The notes: generated by a model not told the origin, from the sequence alone. A DNA stretch of 64,000 nucleotides from an uncultured Pseudomonadota bacterium (GCA_963749075.1 CAVVLJ010000022.1:1-64000); one strand, 5' to 3'; shown: positions 37,800 through 47,386, counted from the stretch's first letter. Numbers and translations are program-made.

Positions 37800-39725
37800 T
37801 CAGGCCTGGTGGACGTAGGTGCCGGGTGCTGGCTCGAGAGGCGGATAGCCCTTCTCCGCGGCACCCATCGGAGGCGGCGGCGTCTTGCCGGTTGCCTTGC
37901 CCTCGAGCCATGCGGCAAAGGCCGGCCACCAGGAGCCCTCGGCAACGGCGGTCCCCGCTTGCCAGGTCTCCGGATCGACGTAGCGCTCGCCGGGCTTCCT
38001 CACCCCGAGCCGATAGTGGCGGCCGGGATGGCCGGGCTCGCTGACGATGCCGGCATTGTGCCCGCCGCTCGTCAGCACGAAGCCGACCTCGGTATCGAGC
38101 ACGAGGTTGAGCTTGTAGACCGAGCGCCAGGGCGCCACGTGATCGCTCTCGGTCGCGACGGCGAAGACGGGGAGGCGGATGTCCTCGAGCGCCACCGGCC
38201 GGCCGCCCACGTCGTAGCGGCCCTCGACCAGGTCGTTGTCGAGGAAGAGCCGCCTCAAATACTCGCTGTGCATGCGGTAGGGCATGCGCGTCGCGTCGGC
38301 GTTCCACGCCATCAGGTCGTTGAGCGGCTCGCGCTTGCCCATGAGGTACTCGTGCACCAGCCGCGACCACACCATGTCGTTCGAGCGCAGCAGCTGGAAG
38401 GCGCCCGCCATCTGGCGGGTGTCGAGATAGCCCTGGTTCCACATCACGTCCTCGAGGTAGGCGAGCTGGCTCTCGTCGATGAAGAGCGTGAGCTCGCCGG
38501 CCTCGGTGAAATCGACCTGCGCCGCGAGGAGCGTCACCGAGTTGAGGACGTCGCGGTGCCCGCGGGCGAGAAGGCTTGCGGCGATGGCAAGGAGCGTGCC
38601 GCCGAGGCAGTAGCCGACCGCATTGACCTTGCGCCCGGGTACGATGGCCTCGATCGCCGCGAGTGCGGCGAGCACGCCGAGCCTGAGGTAATCCTCGATG
38701 CCGAGGTCGCGGTCGTCGGCGCCGGGATTGCGCCACGAGATCATGAAGACCGTGTGGCCGCGCTCGACGAGATAGCGCACGAGGGAGTTGTGGGGCGAGA
38801 GGTCGAGAATGTAGTACTTCATGATCCAGGCCGGCACGATGAGGACGGGCTCGGCGTCCACCTCCGCCGTGGCCGGGGCGTACTGGATGAGCTCGATGAG
38901 CCGGTTGCGGTAGATCACCTGCCCCGGCGTGGCCGCGATCTCCTTGCCGGGACGGAAGGCCTCGCTGCCGACGGGCGCGCGGCCGGCGATGACGCGCTCC
39001 CAGTCCTCGAGCGCGTTCACGGCACCTTGCACCAGGTTGGCGCCGAGGCTCTTGAGCGTGGTCTCGAGGAGCTCGGGGTTGGCCGCGATGAAGTTGGACG
39101 GCGAAATCACGTCGAGGAGCTGGCGCGCCACGAAGGACACCACCTGCTCGTGGTGCGGCGAGACGCCGTGCACCCCGGTCGTGGCGTTGTGCCACCATTG
39201 CTGGTTGAGGAGGAACCACTGGTAGATGAAGCGGAAGGGCGCCTGCTGCCACGCCGGATGATCGAAGCGCCGGTCGTGCGCGAGCGGCTCGATGCAGGGC
39301 GGCGTCGCGGGCTCGGCGAGGGCATGGGCGGCATGAACGGCGAAGCGCACCGACTTGCGCAGGCCCTTCTCGACGAGTGCTTCCTCTTTGCCCGGCGAGC
39401 TGGCGAGATGGCAGGCCCAATCGAAATAGGCGAGCGCCAGGCTGACCGGCGAGATCGACTGGGTGAACCGCCCCATCGCCGCGTGCACGAGGCGATCGAC
39501 GCTCGAGGGCTCCTCCGCGCGCTGGCGCCGACCCGAGGGCGCCTGGGGCGGCCGCGCCGCCGCCTCCTCCCTGCGGCCTGCGCCGGCCGGCAACGGGCGG
39601 CTGCCGAGCTTGCCGAAGCCGTCGAGGAGCTGCGCCATCTGCGAGGGCCAGAATGCCAGCCAGTCGGCTGCCGCCGCTGTCTCGGCCCGGGGCGCCTCCG
39701 GGGCACCTTGCGTCGTCATCGTCAT
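37800..39725 (-). CDS. phaC: Polyhydroxyalkanoate synthase (class I, with PHBC_N-type N-terminus)
   Basis: PAWIMKYYILDLSP, lipase box GYCLGG, DHVAPW, GGHNAG. Confidence 0.95.
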   Translation of the reverse strand: MTMTTQGAPEAPRAETAAAADWLAFWPSQMAQLLDGFGKLGSRPLPAGAGRREEAAARPPQAPSGRRQRAEEPSSVDRLVHAAMGRFTQSISPVSLALAYFDWACHLASSPGKEEALVEKGLRKSVRFAVHAAHALAEPATPPCIEPLAHDRRFDHPAWQQAPFRFIYQWFLLNQQWWHNATTGVHGVSPHHEQVVSFVARQLLDVISPSNFIAANPELLETTLKSLGANLVQGAVNALEDWERVIAGRAPVGSEAFRPGKEIAATPGQVIYRNRLIELIQYAPATAEVDAEPVLIVPAWIMKYYILDLSPHNSLVRYLVERGHTVFMISWRNPGADDRDLGIEDYLRLGVLAALAAIEAIVPGRKVNAVGYCLGGTLLAIAASLLARGHRDVLNSVTLLAAQVDFTEAGELTLFIDESQLAYLEDVMWNQGYLDTRQMAGAFQLLRSNDMVWSRLVHEYLMGKREPLNDLMAWNADATRMPYRMHSEYLRRLFLDNDLVEGRYDVGGRPVALEDIRLPVFAVATESDHVAPWRSVYKLNLVLDTEVGFVLTSGGHNAGIVSEPGHPGRHYRLGVRKPGERYVDPETWQAGTAVAEGSWWPAFAAWLEGKATGKTPPPPMGAAEKGYPPLEPAPGTYVHQA

Positions 39726-39760
39726 GGCCGCAGCTTAAACGATCCAGGCCCCGCGCGGCG

Positions 39761-39774
39761 TTGATGCAGATCAA
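39761..39774. promoter_or_regulatory. Perfect FNR/FixK box upstream of phaC
   Basis: TTGAT-GCAG-ATCAA; minus-strand TAAGCT at 39732-39737. Confidence 0.8.
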
Positions 39775-39950
39775 TGGCCGAAGGCCGCGCGCCCAGCGAC
39801 GCAGCACCGCGGCAGGGGGCGGCGATCGGCGGTCGCGAGCTGCCGCGCTGTTGCTTCGCCGATCCGCGCGGCTATACTTGCGCGGGATTGCCGCAGCGCG
39901 CGTCGTCCCCGTCGTCTTGCCTCGAGATTGCCGGAAGGGGGCTCCAGGAC

Positions 39951-40583
39951 ATGACGGAGAGGACGGCTGCCTACGCTGCCTTCGTCAGCCACGCGCCGCA
40001 GGACAAGCTCAAGGCCGATGCGATCTGCCGGCTTCTGGAGGCGCGCGGCCTGCCGTGCTGCCTGGCGCCGCGCGGCGCCCGTCACGGCGTGAACATCGCC
40101 GCGGAGACGCTGAGCGCGATGGGGCGCTCGCGCGCCATGGTGGCCGTGATCTCCAGGGCCAGCGAGGCATCGCGCGCCGTGCTGAGCGAGATGCGGACCG
40201 CGGCCGAGACCGGCATGCCGATGTTCGCCGTGACCGTCGAGCCGGTGGTGCCCGCCAGGGCGCGCGAGTTCGCCATCTCGGAGCGGCGCTGGATCGACGC
40301 CTCGTCGGGCGCGCTCGAGGATCACGTCGAGCGGCTGGCCGAGGTGCTCGCCGAGGCGCGGATCACGGCAACCGCCTGGGTCGGGCCGGACGCCGCGCAG
40401 CTTTCGCGGCGGCTGCGCTGGGCGACCGGGGTTCCCGCCATCATCGCCGTGCTCGTGTTCGCGGCCTTGCTGCTGTGGGCGTTTGCGCATCTGCTCGATA
40501 CGAGCCGCGCCCTGGGGGGTGCATTAGGACCGGCCTTCGGCGGCCCTGCCGCGGAGCCGGGAGGCCGCACCGGCCACCAGTGA
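39951..40583 (+). CDS. TIR-domain protein with C-terminal TM helix
   Basis: AFVSHAPQDKLKADAICRLLEARGLPCCLAPR, SRAVLSEM, WIDA, then hydrophobic IIAVLVFAALLLWAF. Confidence 0.75.
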   Translation: MTERTAAYAAFVSHAPQDKLKADAICRLLEARGLPCCLAPRGARHGVNIAAETLSAMGRSRAMVAVISRASEASRAVLSEMRTAAETGMPMFAVTVEPVVPARAREFAISERRWIDASSGALEDHVERLAEVLAEARITATAWVGPDAAQLSRRLRWATGVPAIIAVLVFAALLLWAFAHLLDTSRALGGALGPAFGGPAAEPGGRTGHQ

Positions 40584-40656
40584 GCGTCCACGTCCGGCCG
40601 CCCTGCCGCAGGGCACGCCGCTCTCGACCGCGGCGAGAGATTCGAGGAGTGCCGCC

Positions 40657-41718
40657 ATGTACGCCTACGTCGGCTCGTACACCACGGCTGAGCGCCAGGC
40701 GCGCGGCAACGGCATCAACGTCTATCGCATGGATGCGGAGTCCGGCGCCTGGTCGCATGTGCAGACCGTGGGGGAGCTGGTCAATCCATCGTTCCTCGCC
40801 ACCGGCAGGGGCGGCCGCTTCCTCTATTCCGTCCACGGCGACCGCGACGAGATCAACGCCTTCGCCGTCGACGGCGCCAGCGGCCGGCTCGCCTTCCTGA
40901 ACCGGCGCTCGGCGGGCGGCGTCAACCTCGTTCATCTGGCACTCGATCCGGCGAGCCGCTTCATCGTGACCGCCAATTACAAGAGCGGCACGCTGTCGAG
41001 CGTGCCGCTCGAAAGCGACGGCTCGCTCGGCGATGGGGTGCGCACGATCGCACTCCCCGGCAAGCCGGGCCCGCACCGGACCGAGCAGGCGAGCTCCCAT
41101 CCCCACCACATTCCCTTCGACCCCGGCGGCCGCTTCGTCCTCGTCCCCGACAAGGGGCTCGACCGCATCTTCGTCTTCCGCTTCGACGGCCGCACGGGCG
41201 AGCTCGTCCCCAACGATCCGGCCTTCGTTGCCTCGCGCAGCGGTGCCGCACCGCGCCATGTCGCCTGCCATCCCGCGGCACCTTACGCCTACGTCGTCAA
41301 CGAGCTCGATTCGACGATCGCCACCTATCGCTGGGACGGCGTGCGCGGCGCGCTCGGCCCCGTGCAGATCGTGCCCTCCCTGCCAGCGAGCTTCACCGGC
41401 GACAACACCGGCTCCGAGATCGCCGTGGCACCCTCCGGGCGCTTCGTCTATGTCTCCAACCGCGGGCACGACAGCATCGGCATATTCGCGGTCGACGGCA
41501 CGAGCGGCATCTTGACGCCGGTCGGCTGGCAAGCGAGCGGAGGGGCGAAGCCGCGCTTCTTTGCACTCGACCCCAGCGGTACGCTCCTTTACGCCGCCAA
41601 CGAGGCAAGCGACACGATCGTGACGTTCCGGGTGGAAACGGCGAGCGGCAAGCTCGAGCCGACGGGACAGGTCATAGCCAACGCCAGCCCGGCCTGCATC
41701 GTCTTCAGCGGCGCGTAG
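40657..41718 (+). CDS. 6-phosphogluconolactonase/cycloisomerase-family beta-propeller lactonase
   Basis: YVGSYT, NPSFL, TANYKSG, HPHH, PRH, YVSNRGHDSI. Confidence 0.9.
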   Translation: MYAYVGSYTTAERQARGNGINVYRMDAESGAWSHVQTVGELVNPSFLATGRGGRFLYSVHGDRDEINAFAVDGASGRLAFLNRRSAGGVNLVHLALDPASRFIVTANYKSGTLSSVPLESDGSLGDGVRTIALPGKPGPHRTEQASSHPHHIPFDPGGRFVLVPDKGLDRIFVFRFDGRTGELVPNDPAFVASRSGAAPRHVACHPAAPYAYVVNELDSTIATYRWDGVRGALGPVQIVPSLPASFTGDNTGSEIAVAPSGRFVYVSNRGHDSIGIFAVDGTSGILTPVGWQASGGAKPRFFALDPSGTLLYAANEASDTIVTFRVETASGKLEPTGQVIANASPACIVFSGA

Positions 41719-41797
41719 CGCCCCCGCGGTGCCCTCGGCCGTCGGGGCGAGCAAATCGGCGCCAGGGCGGGCAAGCGACGGCAGCCTTCAAAAAGGC

Positions 41798-41927
41798 AAA
41801 AAAAACCGGGCCAGAAGGCCCGGTGAGTTGAACAGGGAGGCTTCACGTCTGGGAGACGTAGGGTCCGAAGACCCCTTCCAGGCCTTGCACCTGGAACCCG
41901 GTCGGGGCTACCGCCCCGAAAATCTCC
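41798..41927 (-). ncRNA. Candidate SuhB/alpha-r8 (MmgR-like) sRNA
   Basis: Minus strand: several hairpins, ACGTCTCCCAGACGT, single-stranded GCCTCCCTGTTCAACT, terminator ACCGGGCC-TTCT-GGCCCGGT plus T-run. The 5' end is estimated from TATCAT at 41934-41939. Confidence 0.65.
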
Positions 41928-42041
41928 TAACAAATGATACGCTCGAAAGCGCTACGCCCTGCGATGCTGCAACGCAGCAACCTTGTCTGCCCAATAGATA
42001 GGCTATCTGGCTAGAAAGACCACACGAAAAAAATCAAGAGA

Positions 42042-42062
42042 GCCATGCAGGTTATGCATGGC
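42042..42062. promoter_or_regulatory. LysR-type T-N11-A palindrome
   Basis: GCCATGCA-GGTTA-TGCATGGC, a perfect 8-bp inverted repeat just 3' of the LysR gene. Confidence 0.6.
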
Positions 42063-42082
42063 CAAAATCACCCCCGCCGCGC

Positions 42083-42973
42083 TCAGAGGCGCGACTCGGC
42101 GATGCATTTGACGAGGAAATCGCGGAACACGGCGATGCGCTTCGAGTGGCGCAGCACCTCCGGATAGACGAAATAGGCGTCGATGTTGGGCCCTTCGAGC
42201 TCGGGCAGCACGCGCACCAGCTCCGTCGTGCTGGCGATCATGTAGTCGGGCAGCGAGGCGATGCCGAGGCCGCCGCGCACGGCGCGGTAGATGCCGTAGA
42301 TGTTGTTGACGCGCAGGACCTGCTTGGGCATGTGCTTGTGCGACTTGCAGAGGTCGAGCAGCCAATTGACGCTGGAAGCCGGCAGCCGCGCCTCCTCGCC
42401 GAAGATGACGATCTTGTGCGCCTCGAGGTCGGCTGCCGTCTCAGGCGTGCCGGCGGCATCGAGATAGGCCTTGGTGCTGAAGATGTGCGTGCGCACCTTC
42501 ATGAGCTGGCGCTGGATGAGGTCGGGCTGACGCGGCGGCGCCATGCGGATGGCCACGTCGGCTTGGCGCATGGAGAGATCGAGCTCGCCGTCGTCGAGCA
42601 GGAGCGTCATCTCGATCTCGGGATAGAGATCGAGGAACTGGCGCAGGCGCGGCGTCAGCCAGGTCGAGCCGAAGGCGACCGTGGTGGTGACCTTGAGCGG
42701 CCCCTTGGGGCGCTCCTTGCTCTCGGTCAGCATGGCCTCGGTCATGGCGAGCTTGCCGAACACCTCCTTGACCGTCTGGTTGAGGAGCTCGCCCTGCTCG
42801 GTCAGGATGAGGCCGCGCGCGTGGCGGTGGAAGAGCGTGGTGCTGAGGCTCTCCTCGAGCGCGCTGATCTGCCGGCTCACCGCCGACTGGCTGAGCTTGA
42901 GGACTTCGCCCGCGTGGGTGAAGCTGCCCGCCTCGGCCACGGCATGAAACACTCTGAGCTTGTCCCAGTCCAT
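42083..42973 (-). CDS. LysR regulator, LsrB/VtlR ortholog
   Basis: MDWDKLRVFHAVAEAGSFTHAG...FHRHARGLILTEQGE; directly downstream of trxB. Confidence 0.9.
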   Translation of the reverse strand: MDWDKLRVFHAVAEAGSFTHAGEVLKLSQSAVSRQISALEESLSTTLFHRHARGLILTEQGELLNQTVKEVFGKLAMTEAMLTESKERPKGPLKVTTTVAFGSTWLTPRLRQFLDLYPEIEMTLLLDDGELDLSMRQADVAIRMAPPRQPDLIQRQLMKVRTHIFSTKAYLDAAGTPETAADLEAHKIVIFGEEARLPASSVNWLLDLCKSHKHMPKQVLRVNNIYGIYRAVRGGLGIASLPDYMIASTTELVRVLPELEGPNIDAYFVYPEVLRHSKRIAVFRDFLVKCIAESRL

Positions 42974-43058
42974 TCCCCTGCCTCGATCCGCGCCGCGCGC
43001 GGCGCCCTTGTCTCCCGGCGGGCCGGCACCCACGAGCTTGCCCCGGTTCATCGCGGCC

Positions 43059-44030
43059 TCACTCGGCGGCGCTCCGCTCGGCGGCGGGCTCTTGCGCCGC
43101 GAGATAGCGTTCCGCCTCGAGTGCCGCCATGCAGCCCATGCCGGCGGCCGTCACCGCCTGGCGGAAGATCCTGTCCTTCACGTCGCCGGCGGCGAAGACG
43201 CCGGGGACGTTGGTCGCCGTGCTGTCCGGTGCGGTCAGGATGTAGCCCTCCTTGTCCATGGCGAGCTTCCCCTTGAAGATCGCCGTGGCCGGCTCATGGC
43301 CGATGGCGACGAAGACGCCGTCGACAGGCAGGCTGCGGCTCGCCCCCGTCTTCGCGTGCTTGAGCACGAGCGCCGTCACCGCCTTGGGCTCGCCCTCGCC
43401 GCGGATCTCCTCGACCACGTGGTCCCAGATCACCGAGATCTTGGGGTTCTTGAACAGGCGGTCCTGTAGGATTTTCTCGGCGCGCAGCCTGTCGCGGCGG
43501 TGGATGAGGGTGACCTCCTTGGCGAAATTGGTGAGGAAGAGCGCCTCCTCGACGGCCGTATTGCCGCCGCCGATCACCGCCACGGATTTGCCGCGGTAGA
43601 AGAAGCCGTCGCAGGTGGCGCAGGCCGAGACGCCGTGCCCGCGGAGCGCCGTCTCGCTGGCGATGCCGAGCCAGCGGGCCTGGGCGCCGGTCGCGATGAT
43701 CACGCTCCCGGCGAGATAGAGGTCGCCCGAGTCGCCGACAAGGCGGAACGGCCGGCCCGTGAAGTCGGCCTCCACCACGAGGTCGCCCAAGACCTCCGTG
43801 CCGACATGCTCGGCCTGGGCCTTCATCTGCTCCATGAGCCAGGGGCCCTGGATCGTCTCGGCGAAGCCGGGGTAGTTCTCCACGTCCGTGGTGACGGTGA
43901 GCTGGCCCCCCGCCTCGAGCCCGGCGACCAGGATCGGCTTCAGGTTGGCGCGCGCGGCATAGATCGCCGCGCTATAACCCGCCGGACCCGATCCGACGAT
44001 GACGGTCTTGCTGCGATAGGTCTTGGCCAT
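43059..44030 (-). CDS. trxB: Thioredoxin reductase
   Basis: GSGPAG, CATCDGFF, GGGNTAVEEA, RQAVTAAGMGC. Confidence 0.97.
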   Translation of the reverse strand: MAKTYRSKTVIVGSGPAGYSAAIYAARANLKPILVAGLEAGGQLTVTTDVENYPGFAETIQGPWLMEQMKAQAEHVGTEVLGDLVVEADFTGRPFRLVGDSGDLYLAGSVIIATGAQARWLGIASETALRGHGVSACATCDGFFYRGKSVAVIGGGNTAVEEALFLTNFAKEVTLIHRRDRLRAEKILQDRLFKNPKISVIWDHVVEEIRGEGEPKAVTALVLKHAKTGASRSLPVDGVFVAIGHEPATAIFKGKLAMDKEGYILTAPDSTATNVPGVFAAGDVKDRIFRQAVTAAGMGCMAALEAERYLAAQEPAAERSAAE

Positions 44031-44087
44031 GACGCGGGGTCCGGGGCTCTGCGGACAGGCTAGGGAAGGCTTGCCGCGGGAGCATAG

Positions 44088-44116
44088 AACATAGAAGCCC
44101 CATGCGCGGCAGGCAA
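44088..44116 (-). promoter_or_regulatory. Putative sigma70 promoter of trxB
   Basis: Minus strand TTGCCT, 17 nt spacer, TATGTT. Confidence 0.5.
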
Positions 44117-44215
44117 GTCGCCCTGTGCCAACTCCGCGAGAATCCGCGCTGGAACTCGCTTTGAGGCGGGCCGGCGCCGGCGCCCCGGGCCTAATCGACC
44201 TCCGACTCGTGCCCT

Positions 44216-46126
44216 TCAGAAGCCGAACATGTGGTCGAGGCTGAAGGCGCCCCCTTCGCCCAGGAGCCCGTGATAGCCGAAGAGCCGGCAGCTGGTGTCG
44301 CGCACGACGAGATAGGCGCGCCCGCCCGCCTCCGCGCGCTCCGCGGCAGCGAAGGTCTCGCCGTAGCGCCACAGGCGCGAGCCGCCGCAAGGGATCTCGA
44401 GCCGCCGGCGCGCCACCTCGCGGCCCGCGCCGTCGCAGAGGATGAGCTCGGTCGCCGAAAGCGCGTGCCAGGGCGAGGAGGCCGGGTAGATGAGGTGGCA
44501 AAGGGTGTCGAGCGGCGCCGCGCCGAGGCGCAGGAAGAGCCGCGTCGAGAGCCCGGGCGCCGCACCGGCATAGGATTGCGGCTCGCTTCGGTAGGTGAGC
44601 ACCGTATTGAAGATGTGGGCGCCGAAGCTGGTCTCCGCCGCGTGGCCGCTCGCCTTGTCCTCGTAGCGGAAGATGCCGTGGAGCCAGCCGTCGGCGCCGC
44701 CGCCTTCGGCGAAGTCATAGACCAGCTCGACGTGGCCGTAGCCCTCGGCGAGGGTGCCGCCGCCGTCGACCAGCTCGGCCACATCGAAGGCCGTGCTCTG
44801 GCTGCGCTTGAGGCAGCCGAAGCGGTGCCGCCCGCATTCGCGGCCGCTCGCGTCATAGACGAGGAGGGCGACCGGCAGGTCGTCCTGGCAGGTCGCCATC
44901 GGGGTCGGCAGCACTTCGGTGCGGTAACGCTGCGGCGGCAGCAGCGGCGCCGGTACGAGGAAGCCCTTGCCCATGAGATTGCCGAGCTCGGCGATGCACG
45001 GGTCGCACTTGAGGTCGCTGCGCTCGACGTTGACGTGGGCGATGCGGCGCCGTCCCTTGGCGCCGCTCACCTCGTAGCGCGGCCGCACGAAGTGCTTGCC
45101 CGCCTGCACCTCGATCTGCTGCGGCCATTTGGCCGTAGGCAGGAGCTCTGCCACGTCGAGCGCGTGGCTGGCGAAGGGGGCGACCTCACGCTCGAGCCAG
45201 GCGATCTCGCGGCTGCCCATGAGGTTGAGGCCGGCGGCCTTGGCGGGAATCGGCGTCGGGTGGCTGTTCTGCACCCAGAGCACCACGCGCTCGCCCGCGC
45301 GGGGTGCCGGGAGGCCGGCGTAAAGATCGGCGGGCCAGGCGTTGGCGTCGTGCGTCGCCGAGAGCTCGCCGCCCGCCTCGCCGTAGGTATCGAGCGCGTA
45401 CTTGACCACGTCGTGCCCGGCGGCCCCGATAACGTGCATGAAGAGCTGGCCGGTAAAGGCCGGCAAGGCAAAGCGCTGCCGCACCTCGCGGCTGTCGACC
45501 ACGATCGCTCCGACGCCCGGGGGGAGAGCCTCGCGCCAGGTGGCGATCTCCTTGCCGTGCTCGTCGAAGAGGTCGTACCAGACGGCGCCGGCACCGGCGC
45601 CATAGCCCGCCCAGTAATTGGCGCTAGCTAAGCGCGTGTGGAGGCCGCCGGCATCGCGGAAGAAGACGAAGTTGGTGGCGAAATTGAGCGGATCGAGATA
45701 GCGCCGCGGGTTCGTCAGCATGTCGTCCGGCAGCCTCGCCTCGTCGAGGCTCGCGAGCGCCATGCCGGCCGGCAGCAGATGCCGGATGTGATCGGCGAGG
45801 CGCCCGGCATCGAAGGCGACGACGAGGAGGCTCGCGGCCTTGCTCGCCGGAAGCTCGCTGATCGGCTGGCTGCGGCAGCCCAGCCTCGCGGCGCCGACAT
45901 CCTCGATGCGCTGCACGAAGACGCCGGCGAGGCCGTCTCCCGCTGCCGGGTAGAGGGCTGCAAAGCCCGTGGCGAAGCCGTGCGGGTCGTAGAGGGCCAG
46001 GGGGCCGCGGCTCTGGAGGCGCTCGAGGAGGCCCGCGAGCTTCGCGCAAGCAAGCGGATGGCCGATCGCCTTGAAGAAGGCGTTGCCGCCCGAGAGGTTG
46101 CTGAAGGTCTCGATCGCGAGCGCCAT
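44216..46126 (-). CDS. Hypothetical protein (636 aa)
   Basis: Long ORF with host-like codon usage, MALAIETFSN...LDHMFGF; no family recognised. Confidence 0.8.
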   Translation of the reverse strand: MALAIETFSNLSGGNAFFKAIGHPLACAKLAGLLERLQSRGPLALYDPHGFATGFAALYPAAGDGLAGVFVQRIEDVGAARLGCRSQPISELPASKAASLLVVAFDAGRLADHIRHLLPAGMALASLDEARLPDDMLTNPRRYLDPLNFATNFVFFRDAGGLHTRLASANYWAGYGAGAGAVWYDLFDEHGKEIATWREALPPGVGAIVVDSREVRQRFALPAFTGQLFMHVIGAAGHDVVKYALDTYGEAGGELSATHDANAWPADLYAGLPAPRAGERVVLWVQNSHPTPIPAKAAGLNLMGSREIAWLEREVAPFASHALDVAELLPTAKWPQQIEVQAGKHFVRPRYEVSGAKGRRRIAHVNVERSDLKCDPCIAELGNLMGKGFLVPAPLLPPQRYRTEVLPTPMATCQDDLPVALLVYDASGRECGRHRFGCLKRSQSTAFDVAELVDGGGTLAEGYGHVELVYDFAEGGGADGWLHGIFRYEDKASGHAAETSFGAHIFNTVLTYRSEPQSYAGAAPGLSTRLFLRLGAAPLDTLCHLIYPASSPWHALSATELILCDGAGREVARRRLEIPCGGSRLWRYGETFAAAERAEAGGRAYLVVRDTSCRLFGYHGLLGEGGAFSLDHMFGF

Positions 46127-46212
46127 GGGCGGTCCATCACTCTGGAAGCGGGCGGGGCGCTCCCACACCCCTCCCTCGGCCGCGCGGCCGAAGCCGCTCG
46201 CCGCGCCCCGGC

Positions 46213-47199
46213 TTATAGCCGATTTCCCGCCGCCTCGGCGGCAAATTTCGCGGCCAGCCGGGGTCCGATCTCGGCGGCCACGCTTGCTGCGTCGAGCAGC
46301 GGCTCGTAGCTCCAGCGCTCGAGCACGCCCGCGAAGGGCCGCGTGAGGCCCGCCTCCCGGAGCTCGGCGTGGAAGCGCCGGTGGCGCCGCGAGCCGCCCT
46401 TGAGGCCGATGATATAGACGGGCTTGCCGGTGGCGCAGGCCTCGGAAGTCATCGACACCGAATCCGCGGTCACCAGGATGTAATCGGCGAGTGCGAGGAG
46501 GCCGAGATAGGGGTTCTCGCCGCGGCCGTCCCACATATAGGCGCCGACCTCGGCCAGGCGGGCGCGGAGGATGCCCTCGTTCTCGGCGCCGGTGCGGCGC
46601 GAGGGCGTCACGGCTAGGCCGGCGCCGTACTGCCGCGCGAGTGCTTTGAGCTCGCTTGCCAGGCGCTCCGCGTCCGCGGCCGTAAACATGGCGCGGCCGT
46701 TGGCGCCGCCGACCAGCACGGCCACGAGCGGGCGCGGCAGGGCCGCCAAGAGGGCTGCGAAATGCCGCGCCGCCGCCGCGAGCTTCTCCTCGGTGACAGG
46801 GTGGAGCGCCCCGCGCGTTGTGAGCACGTTCGGCCCCCGCACCCGGTCGTGGCGCGGCGCCACCACGACATCGAAGGCCCGGCTGTCCATCAGCGGATCC
46901 TGGATGTGGACGAGGAAGGTATGGCCGCCGCTCGCCCGCTTGACGGCCAGCGCCAGGGCGACGCTCTTGCGCCCGCAGCTGATCAGCACGTCGGGCCAGG
47001 GCGGCGCCAGCGGGTCGCTGCCCGGCCTAAGCGAGCGGAACGGCAGCGGCCACCAGCGCGAGGGGAGGGCGAGCCAGGGCAGGCGCGGATCGACCCGCTT
47101 CACGGCCGGGGCCAGCGCGAGCGCCTCGGCCAGGCCGCGGCATTGGCTCTCCATGCCGGCAGCCCCCTCGGTCACGATCCAGCAGCTTGGTCTTGTCAT
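46213..47199 (-). CDS. ELM1/GtrOC1-family protein
   Basis: GMESQCRGLAEAL, WPDVLISCGR, TPSRRT, NPYLGLLALAD, DSVSMTSEACATGKP. Confidence 0.88.
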   Translation of the reverse strand: MTRPSCWIVTEGAAGMESQCRGLAEALALAPAVKRVDPRLPWLALPSRWWPLPFRSLRPGSDPLAPPWPDVLISCGRKSVALALAVKRASGGHTFLVHIQDPLMDSRAFDVVVAPRHDRVRGPNVLTTRGALHPVTEEKLAAAARHFAALLAALPRPLVAVLVGGANGRAMFTAADAERLASELKALARQYGAGLAVTPSRRTGAENEGILRARLAEVGAYMWDGRGENPYLGLLALADYILVTADSVSMTSEACATGKPVYIIGLKGGSRRHRRFHAELREAGLTRPFAGVLERWSYEPLLDAASVAAEIGPRLAAKFAAEAAGNRL

Positions 47200-47386
47200 G
47201 GAACCCCGGAATAAGGCGGCGCGCACTATGGCGACCCAGCCGGCGGCACGGCAAGGGGATCGTGCGCTCAGGCAAGTAAATTGCCGGCCCTTCTGGCCTT
47301 GAAATATTATTGCCAAGCCTTTAGGTGTATCCTCGCAATTTTGTTGCGCAAGCCGAACGGCGCCGGCGGGATCGGGGGCCCAAACC

